14,276 bases of DNA from NCBI GenBank assembly GCA_016839365.1, contig JAEOUH010000018.1, positions 1 through 14,276 of the forward strand, written 5' to 3'. Shown here piece after piece: positions 7,867 to 14,276 of this stretch. The stretch is from Candidatus Hermodarchaeota archaeon (GTDB lineage: Archaea > Asgardarchaeota > Hermodarchaeia > Hermodarchaeales > Hermodarchaeaceae). Within the stretch, counting starts at the first letter, position 1, and every line of letters begins with the position of its first letter. A program made the translations under genes and the position numbers. The notes below the pieces were generated by a model. That model saw only the letters and a list, made by a program, of their open reading frames with translations, was not told the DNA's origin and made no database searches.

Positions 7867-8619
7867 CTATTTGAGGAGAAGATCAGCGAGTCGGTATCCA
7901 AACCACAAAAGGATGAACCCGACGAGTATGACTGCACGGATGCCAATGACTTCGAATGTTAATGGTGTTATGAAGAGTGTGAGGAAATCAGCGAGGATGC
8001 CCACGAAGATGAGTAATAATCCCAGCCATATCATCATGTCCTTCATGAAGACCTTCCGTCCGAGCCCATGGCGGGTTCGCATCCAAAGCCAAATGGAAAT
8101 GAGAGGAACAAGTGCCAGGTAAAACACAGCCGATACTGTAGCCAAGACAGTGAACCCAATTCCATAATAGGTTCCAAGATTCGGAGCTATCCAATTCACA
8201 AAGCCATGGAGCACAACGTAGGGATGCGTAAGGACTGCTAACCAGATTAGTATGGAAAATCCTCCCACACCGATGAGTGGGATGAGTCCGCCCCATAGGG
8301 AGCGACCAGAGAAGAATTCTTTGTTAAAGATACGGATGGTCCAGAAGACCATGAAGAAGGCGGCTAATGCAATGAACATTCCCCATTGTACAGCCCAACC
8401 TTGAAGCATAATCGCAGTGGCATTAGGGATTACTACTAAAGCGCGCGATCCAACTGTAAAATAGGCTAAGGCAAAGAAGATTAGCATAAATACCGCTAAT
8501 AGTAAAAGAGCGCGATCTTGTTCAGGTCTGCGAATGGACTCGATAAATAGGCTCAATCCGAAGAGAAGAGTAATGATAAATATCGTTAAGCTGACGCCAG
8601 CGTCTAAAATGTTTGACAG
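7867..8619 (-). CDS. Stand-alone 7TM membrane protein (250 aa), paralog of the downstream gene; probable CTG start
   Basis: Frame is open upstream of TTG 8556 up to TAA at 8658-8656. GGAGGT plus 6 nt precedes CTG at 8619-8617. The extension supplies TM1. Confidence 0.75.
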   Translation of the reverse strand: MSNILDAGVSLTIFIITLLFGLSLFIESIRRPEQDRALLLLAVFMLIFFALAYFTVGSRALVVIPNATAIMLQGWAVQWGMFIALAAFFMVFWTIRIFNKEFFSGRSLWGGLIPLIGVGGFSILIWLAVLTHPYVVLHGFVNWIAPNLGTYYGIGFTVLATVSAVFYLALVPLISIWLWMRTRHGLGRKVFMKDMMIWLGLLLIFVGILADFLTLFITPLTFEVIGIRAVILVGFILLWFGYRLADLLLK

Positions 8620-8766
8620 GTGAAAACCTCCGGAAGCATGACTCCGCTTGAAGACTTATAAAAATGTAGCTTTTGTGACGATTTTTCCACGAAGAAAGAA
8701 CTAACCTTTCCCTTTTTATCGATAAACCAGTAATGTTATGCACTCGTTGTACATAGAGGCGGTTCC

Positions 8767-9771
8767 ATGGTTTCGAAACTAAGATTTGCAGTTGAATTTG
8801 TCCCACAAGAGACATACTGGCAGACCACCGCATTAGGGATTCTAGCTGAAAAATATGGCTTCGATTTCTGCTGGATTACCGACCACTTTAATAACCGATC
8901 AGTCTACATAATTTTGAGCCTGTTAGCCAACTACACGGATCAGATTATGCTTGGGCCAGGCGTCACAAATCCGTACCTAATCAACCCAGTTCAGACTGCC
9001 TCTACAATTATGTCCTTGGACAACCTTTCCGGAGGACGCGCCGTCTTGGGCATTGGAGCAGGAGATAAGATAACGTTAAACCTTTTGGGGATTGAACGCG
9101 ATAAACCACTTTCTGCCGTAAAAGAGAGTACCCAAATTTTCCGTACAATCTTTGATACAGGCAAAATCAAGGACTTTAAAGGTGAGGTATTTTCTGTCGA
9201 GAAAGCAAAGGTGGCTTTTGAGAAAACCGGAGAAATCCCTATCTATATTGGCGCACAGGGACCCAAGATGCTACAACTCGCCGGATCCCTAGGCCAAGGC
9301 GTTCTCATCAACGCCTCCCACCCAACTGATTTTCAGTATGCTATGACGCAAATAAAGAAAGGCGTCACGGAGGCGAATCGAAAACTCTCTGATGTAGATA
9401 TCGCAGCCTATGCCAGTGTCTCAGTGGACAAGAAGATTGAAAATGCCACTAAGGCCGCCACGCCTGTTGTCGCTTTCATTGTAGCTGGTTCTCCGCCAGT
9501 GGTCTTGGAACGCCACGGCATTTCAGTTGAAAGTGTTAAGCCATTAGCGAAGGCTCTTGGGAAGGGTGATTTCCCCACTGCTTTTGGAGCGGTCACCGAT
9601 GAGATGCTCGAAGCTTTTTGCATTCGGGGCACCCCTGATGAATGCACTAAAAAAATTAAAGCCTTAGAGAAGGTTGGTATCACCCAGTTCGTCTTCGGCT
9701 CACCTATCGGACCTAAGAAGCGTAGCTCCATGGAACTAGCTAGCAAGGAAATTCTTCCACATTTTGCTTGA
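8767..9771 (+). CDS. mer: F420-dependent 5,10-methylenetetrahydromethanopterin reductase
   Basis: Mer-type signatures WITDHFNNR, LGPGVTNPY, SGGRAVLGIGAGD, PIYIGAQGPKML, VLINASHP.DF and the C-terminal GSPIGP. Confidence 0.92.
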   Translation: MVSKLRFAVEFVPQETYWQTTALGILAEKYGFDFCWITDHFNNRSVYIILSLLANYTDQIMLGPGVTNPYLINPVQTASTIMSLDNLSGGRAVLGIGAGDKITLNLLGIERDKPLSAVKESTQIFRTIFDTGKIKDFKGEVFSVEKAKVAFEKTGEIPIYIGAQGPKMLQLAGSLGQGVLINASHPTDFQYAMTQIKKGVTEANRKLSDVDIAAYASVSVDKKIENATKAATPVVAFIVAGSPPVVLERHGISVESVKPLAKALGKGDFPTAFGAVTDEMLEAFCIRGTPDECTKKIKALEKVGITQFVFGSPIGPKKRSSMELASKEILPHFA

Positions 9772-9826
9772 ATCCCACTAACGGAGAACTGGAAAAACCA
9801 AGACTGTGTTTCAGAAGCTAAATGGA

Positions 9827-10078
9827 TTACAAATCTTGTTCCATATAGGCTTGCCAAGAGAGTGTGGGGCCATCTGATCCATCGGATGACAGGGCCAAGG
9901 AGGTTACCTTTTTCCGGGTAGGCCTTCCTTCAACGAGGGTTTCCATAAAGACCGTGAGATAATGTACATCACGTTTGTTTTTATCTTGCCGCGTCTCAAT
10001 GACCTTAACTAGGCGGAAGGTATGGTCAGGTAATCCAGGAACGGTGCTGGTTTGTGAAGTGATTAGGGGTGGATTCAT
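9827..10078 (-). CDS. Small hypothetical protein (~83 aa, beta-rich pattern)
   Basis: GAGGG SD upstream of ATG 10078 (MNPPLITS...). The longer TTG-start version runs into AT-rich promoter-like DNA. Confidence 0.55.
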   Translation of the reverse strand: MNPPLITSQTSTVPGLPDHTFRLVKVIETRQDKNKRDVHYLTVFMETLVEGRPTRKKVTSLALSSDGSDGPTLSWQAYMEQDL

Positions 10079-10177
10079 ACAAAAACCCTCTGATATATAC
10101 TCAATATCATTTTGCATATATGGATTGGGGCAATACGTAAAATATCCCTCTACACCAATCAAATAATAATTATCATA

Positions 10178-10197
10178 AAAAATGTATATACATTTTT
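10178..10197. promoter_or_regulatory. Perfect 20-bp palindrome AAAAATGTATATACATTTTT, candidate operator
   Basis: Exact self-complementarity, intergenic, about 100 bp upstream of ATG 10078. Confidence 0.45.
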
Positions 10198-10252
10198 AAG
10201 TCAAATTATACGACAAATCGACAGAAGACGAACCAGAAATAATCGATCCTTT

Positions 10253-10858
10253 TTAGAGAATCTTCTCGATTGCTAGCAACCTATAAGACGCTAGGGAAGC
10301 CAGATGAGCATGGGCCTCAGCATCAAGGTATTCACCAGCGGATCCGTCCAAAAACACCTTTGCACGGGCGGGGAACTCATCGTCTCCTTTCCAAAGGGCA
10401 TAGGTGTAAGGTACTCTTGGGAGAGCCAGAATGGTGTATGCGAGATCACCAATTGAAGCGGGGCTCCCGTTGAGTCGTTGTGCTGCAGCTTCAAAGCGGT
10501 TAGGGACTGGGGCTAGCTGTTTTTCGATGGGTTTAACAGCACGACCTTCGAATACGGAGTTGTAAACTCGACCACCAGGGACTGATTTGTAGCTTATATA
10601 ATCGTTAGTAAGAGGTGTCTCCTTAGCTTTGGCGTATTGGTTTAGGAGAAAGAAGATGTACTCGATTTTAGGGTCAAAGGGCTGTTGGAGAGTCAAGTCG
10701 GTGATGCTACCATCCTTTAGGTCGACTTCTAAGTCAAGGAAGCGTAGCTTGTCACCTTTGGGGAATCCCAAGCGCCCTGGGAGGGTGAGGAGCGTTTCTT
10801 TGCAATTCCCCCAGGTCCATAAGTCAAAGCTCTTTATCTTATTCATATAGAAAGTCAC
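10253..10858 (-). CDS. DUF3786 domain protein
   Basis: Motifs ISYKSVPGGRVY..VF..RA, ALPRVP and LWKGDDEFPARAKVFLD match DUF3786. The start could be ATG 10846. Confidence 0.85.
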   Translation of the reverse strand: MTFYMNKIKSFDLWTWGNCKETLLTLPGRLGFPKGDKLRFLDLEVDLKDGSITDLTLQQPFDPKIEYIFFLLNQYAKAKETPLTNDYISYKSVPGGRVYNSVFEGRAVKPIEKQLAPVPNRFEAAAQRLNGSPASIGDLAYTILALPRVPYTYALWKGDDEFPARAKVFLDGSAGEYLDAEAHAHLASLASYRLLAIEKIL

Positions 10859-11030
10859 GTCCTATCCACGACAGTCTGTGTATCATTATTGGAGGGTGGT
10901 TTTATGTATACCCCTGTTCACGATGAGTTTTTTCGCAATGAGACTTCGCAAGTAGCACGGCTTCCCGATACTTTTAAGGCATGATTTAGCGCCCTTATAG
11001 TTAATCTGAGGTTCGAGATGAGCCCCCCCA

Positions 11031-11411
11031 ATGGCGAGAACTACAGTCCATGATGCAAACCACGAAGAGATACTCCAGGAAATCATAGCGGAGCTAGAAC
11101 AGCGTCGTGGAATCAAGGGCTGGGCTATTATCAGCCAAGAAGGTTTACTGATTGAGCACCGAATGCCCGCAGGCATCAATCCACACCTACTTGCAGGGAA
11201 TGCAGCCGCTTTAGCGCATTCAGCTCAGGTCGTCATCGGGCAAACAGAATCAGGGCCTATGAATCATGTGATACTCGATGGAGAACGTCACTTCCTCATC
11301 CTCATGGGCGGAGAGAATCAAATTATTTTTCTTGTCATGGCAGAACACAAAACCGACCTGAAGCCCTTGGCCGAATTCCTTGCTAACGCCGCAAATCGGT
11401 TTCAAAGCTGA
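11031..11411 (+). CDS. Roadblock/LC7 (MglB-like) domain protein
   Basis: Pattern helix, GIKGWAIISQEGLLIE, LAGNAAAL...A, beta hairpins, C-terminal helix; 126 aa. Confidence 0.85.
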   Translation: MARTTVHDANHEEILQEIIAELEQRRGIKGWAIISQEGLLIEHRMPAGINPHLLAGNAAALAHSAQVVIGQTESGPMNHVILDGERHFLILMGGENQIIFLVMAEHKTDLKPLAEFLANAANRFQS

Positions 11412-11425
11412 AAACAGTAAGCGGC

Positions 11426-11938
11426 TTATTTTTCTAAGAAATCGATTTTGACACCTGAATCCTTTAGCATTTGGATTCCGTCTTCATCAGGGTATTTGCG
11501 CTTTACGACCACACGGGCAATACCTGCGTTGATGAGCATTTTGGCACAGATTGTGCAGGGCGAATGAGTTACGTAAAGGGTTGCCCCGCGACTACTAACC
11601 CCGTGAAGGGCACATTGAATAATGGCGTTTTGCTCGGCATGAACACCCCGACAAAGCTCATGACGCTCTCCGGGTTTAACTCCGGTTTTCAACCGTAAGC
11701 AGGTTTCCGTCGTACAGTGAACCATATTCATTGGGGCACCGTTGTATCCTGTGGCTAGAATGTGCTTATCGCGTACAAGAACTGCACCGACTTGACGACG
11801 CACACATGTAGATCGAGTCGCTGCTAGGTTGGCAAATTGAGTGAAGTACTCATCAACGGTGGGTCTATGGCGTTCCATGCCAGGTTGATCCTTTGCAGAA
11901 ACCAGGCCATTGTCTTGAGATGTATTGGGGTCAGTCAT
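11426..11938 (-). CDS. dCMP deaminase (ComEB-like cytidine/deoxycytidylate deaminase family)
   Basis: Motifs [19 protein letters not shown] and ATGYNG; zinc motifs HAEQNAI and PCTIC. Confidence 0.93.
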   Translation of the reverse strand: MTDPNTSQDNGLVSAKDQPGMERHRPTVDEYFTQFANLAATRSTCVRRQVGAVLVRDKHILATGYNGAPMNMVHCTTETCLRLKTGVKPGERHELCRGVHAEQNAIIQCALHGVSSRGATLYVTHSPCTICAKMLINAGIARVVVKRKYPDEDGIQMLKDSGVKIDFLEK

Positions 11939-11969
11939 TTTCGTGGACCCTAATGTATGCCCTTAGTCC

Positions 11970-13637
11970 TTATTGCCGTTGCCCTTTGCCAAGCTTGCGC
12001 TTCAACATGGCTTCAATAAACGAGTAATAAAGTGGATGAGGCTGGTCTGGTCGTGAGGTGTATTCAGGATGATATTGGACTCCCACTATCCAGAATTTGT
12101 TGGATAGTTCAATTGCATTAATGATGTGTCCAGTTTTGTCCGTCGCAGAAACGACCAATCCAATATCCTCTGCCTTTTTCGCGGCATCCCACATAAGGTG
12201 ATAACGGTGGCGGAACCGCTCGCGGACCTGGGATTTCTTGTAAATACTTCGTAACTTGGTTGAAGCCTTGATATGCACAGAATGCCCAGCGAGGCGCATC
12301 GTACCACCCTTTTCTTCAACCTCCCGTTGCTCAGGCAACAAATCAACTACGGGGTATGGTGTCTTCGGATCCAACTCGGTGCTATTGGCTTTTTTCATTC
12401 CCAAGGCATACCGGCATAGAGCAACAAAGAGGAGTTGTGCTCCAAAGCATATACCAAGAAATGGAAAGTCCTCTTCAACCGCAATCCAGGCCGAACGAAT
12501 CATCCCTTCTGTCCCTCGTGTACCAAAACCAGGCGTGAGGAGCATCCCATCATAAGTCAGGAGCTTTTCTTTGGTATCGTTAGTGCTCCCAAGCATTTCG
12601 GCATCCACCATATCAATTGTGACATCAGCCTTGTGATGAGCGCCTGCGCTTCGCAAGGCTTCGTTGATACTCACATATGTATCTGTCATGGCTACATACT
12701 TACCGGGCATGGCAATTCGCAACTGAGTAGTTGGATTCATAAACTGTTCGACTACCTCCTTCCAAGCCGCCATCCCTCCGGGTGGTCGTGCCATCAGTTC
12801 TAGCCGTTGTAAAATAATGGCATCAAGTCCTTGCTCATAAAATTTAAGAGGTAATTCATAGATTTCATCTAAGTCGGGATTGGAAATGACAGCCTCAGGG
12901 GCTACATTGCTATGCAAAGCAATTTTGCGACGTGCTTCTTCAGTTAAAGAAACTTGACTGCGTGCAATTATGATATCGGGTTGGAGGCCTAGTGCCTGAA
13001 GTTGTTTGACCGAATGCTGTGTTGGCTTTGTCTTCAATTCACCCACCGTTGGTAGCAGGGGCACTAGTGTGACATGAACCAACAAGGTGTCACAAGACTG
13101 CTCCTCGAGCCGAAACTGCCGAATAGCCTCTAAGAAGGGGGCTGCTTCAATATCACCTACAGTACCCCCGATTTCCACCATCACCACATCTAAGCCTTTC
13201 ACCGCGGCTCCGACATCTCGTAGCCTTCGTTTAATCTCGTTTGTTATATGTGGGATAATTTGCACTGTCTTACCCAAGAACGTGCCTAAACGTTCCTGCA
13301 AAATCACACACAGATAGACTTGCCCCGAGGTGATGTTGTTCCTAGGGTGAATAGCCCGCCCAATAAACCGCTCATAAGTCCCGAAATCCTGATCTACTTC
13401 AGCAGACCGATATTCAAAACTAGGGGCCGGAGAAAATTCGAATATTTGGTCCGTAATGAATGGCTCTCCATGTTCAATCGGATTCAATGTTCCTGGATCC
13501 ACATTTAGATAGGGATCGATTTTCACTAAGTCAATTTCATAACCCCGAAACTGGAGTAGCTTAGCAATGCTTGCAGTGGTGTGCCCTTTCCCGATTCCTG
13601 ATAACACGCCACCAGTTACAAAGATGAATTTGGGCAT
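11970..13637 (-). CDS. pyrG: CTP synthase (divergent form)
   Basis: Synthetase motifs KFIFVTGGVLSGIGKG, KIDPYLNVDPGT, GKTVQIIPHITNEIK, EIGGTVGDIE and KTKPTQHSV. GATase triad GICFG...HPE. AGGAGG SD before ATG 13637. Confidence 0.95.
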   Translation of the reverse strand: MPKFIFVTGGVLSGIGKGHTTASIAKLLQFRGYEIDLVKIDPYLNVDPGTLNPIEHGEPFITDQIFEFSPAPSFEYRSAEVDQDFGTYERFIGRAIHPRNNITSGQVYLCVILQERLGTFLGKTVQIIPHITNEIKRRLRDVGAAVKGLDVVMVEIGGTVGDIEAAPFLEAIRQFRLEEQSCDTLLVHVTLVPLLPTVGELKTKPTQHSVKQLQALGLQPDIIIARSQVSLTEEARRKIALHSNVAPEAVISNPDLDEIYELPLKFYEQGLDAIILQRLELMARPPGGMAAWKEVVEQFMNPTTQLRIAMPGKYVAMTDTYVSINEALRSAGAHHKADVTIDMVDAEMLGSTNDTKEKLLTYDGMLLTPGFGTRGTEGMIRSAWIAVEEDFPFLGICFGAQLLFVALCRYALGMKKANSTELDPKTPYPVVDLLPEQREVEEKGGTMRLAGHSVHIKASTKLRSIYKKSQVRERFRHRYHLMWDAAKKAEDIGLVVSATDKTGHIINAIELSNKFWIVGVQYHPEYTSRPDQPHPLYYSFIEAMLKRKLGKGQRQ

Positions 13638-13696
13638 GTTTCCTCCTTTACTAACCACTACAAAAGCCTAGCGGTCTACCTGCCAATGCCCCCGTC

Positions 13697-13712
13697 ATAA
13701 TATATTTATATC
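13697..13712. promoter_or_regulatory. Divergent TATA region for pyrG (-) and the 2TM gene (+)
   Basis: ATAATATATTTATATC gives TTTATA on the plus strand and TATAAATA on the minus strand, between head-to-head genes. Confidence 0.5.
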
Positions 13713-13748
13713 ACAGCGAATAACCGCGAAGCTGAGGGATTGGATTCG

Positions 13749-14099
13749 ATGATTCGTCCAAGAACGACAAAGCCTCCATTTAGAAAGGCTTGGGCGCTCA
13801 TCTTTATTTCACTCTTAGTCCAGGTCGGCCTATACTTTGGCTTTCATGCGATTTCAGTACCAGCCCTGACTCCTGCCGACCAAACCCGAACAGCAATTCC
13901 CTCACAAGTCCCTCTTTCATTCTACTCCATGGATTTTGAAACCACAGACCCACCGGGCGTGATCTCACAGAGTTTGACAAGTTGGTTGCTTCACAGATTG
14001 GCAGATAGTTGGTTTCGTTCCATGTTGGTTGCCCTCGCAATCCTCCTGGTTATGATGCTTGTGATGGCAATATTAGTTGCCATTCTTCAACAGAACTAA
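13749..14099 (+). CDS. Hypothetical membrane protein, 2 TM helices with a Ser/Thr/Pro-rich loop
   Basis: Basic N-terminus, TM1, S/T/P-rich loop, TM2. GAGG upstream of ATG 13749. Confidence 0.55.
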   Translation: MIRPRTTKPPFRKAWALIFISLLVQVGLYFGFHAISVPALTPADQTRTAIPSQVPLSFYSMDFETTDPPGVISQSLTSWLLHRLADSWFRSMLVALAILLVMMLVMAILVAILQQN

Positions 14100-14112
14100 C
14101 TCCAGGGAACGC

Positions 14113-14227
14113 GTGGGTTTTCTAGGATGACAGGAAGCATCCTAGAAAGGCGGAACATACCGCTCGTACAGGCAGACCTGCTTTTTCGGGTGAACCCTCC
14201 AGCAAAGGTCTGCCTGTACCCATTTTT
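14113..14227. other. Structured non-coding element with three tandem hairpins (candidate ncRNA, 3'UTR element or small repeat element)
   Basis: Stems at 14119-14129/14138-14148 (11 bp), 14150-14153/14160-14163 (4 bp) and 14166-14179/14206-14219 (14 bp). Confidence 0.5.
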
Positions 14228-14276
14228 CATCAAATCCATCAACTTTATATAGTTGTATCAACCGATATACATAGCG

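Noticed and set aside
7023-8619. Rhodopsin identity for the 7TM proteins
   Set aside because: No retinal-binding Lys motif (DxxxK or SxxxK) in TM7.
13688-13693. GGGGGC upstream of pyrG, resembling the Bacillus reiterative-transcription start
   Set aside because: It lies only about 10 nt from the TATA box, upstream of the expected TSS, and there is no attenuator hairpin in the leader.
98-14040. Many short overlapping or antisense ORFs in the track (e.g. 1751-2128, 2938-3207, 6589-7062, 8522-8833, 9408-9857, 12435-12803, 13804-14040)
   Set aside because: Shadows of well-supported genes, with no recognisable motifs or properly spaced initiation signals.
14119-14148. SECIS element (AUGA within a hairpin 3' of a gene)
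   Set aside because: The AUGA sits at the top of a perfect stem with no opposing GA quartet, and no plausible UGA-recoded ORF is nearby. The mer and roadblock TGA stops fall at the expected protein ends.
1-14276. CRISPR array, tRNA/rRNA, transposase, integrase or defence island
   Set aside because: No regularly spaced direct repeats, canonical RNA-gene motifs or recombinase/nuclease signatures were seen.

Overview
Gene-dense, clearly archaeal chromosomal window. Archaeal evidence: mer, an AbrB-PhoU regulator, BRE/TATA promoters and a PGF-type sorting signal. An Asgard origin is inferred from the roadblock protein, the IPGF C-terminal anchor and the stand-alone 7TM proteins; it is not proven. 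Gene order: partial DUF362 protein, phosphoribosyltransferase, AbrB-PhoU regulator, small helical protein, 14-blade LVIVD surface glycoprotein, DUF72, three co-oriented membrane-protein genes (two 7TM paralogs and a 4TM), mer, a small orphan, DUF3786, roadblock/LC7, dCMP deaminase, a divergent CTP synthase and a 2TM protein. No tRNA, rRNA, CRISPR array or transposase was seen. Best leads: (1) a tandem pair of stand-alone N-out 7TM receptor-like paralogs, one of which needs a CTG start codon to be complete; (2) a ~110-nt multi-hairpin element at 14113-14227; (3) a 21-bp motif shared by the upstream regions of the PhoU-like regulator and the next gene; (4) a CTP synthase with a ~13-aa insertion in its signature loop, next to a dCMP deaminase. 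All family calls come from motif recognition by eye; no searches were run.
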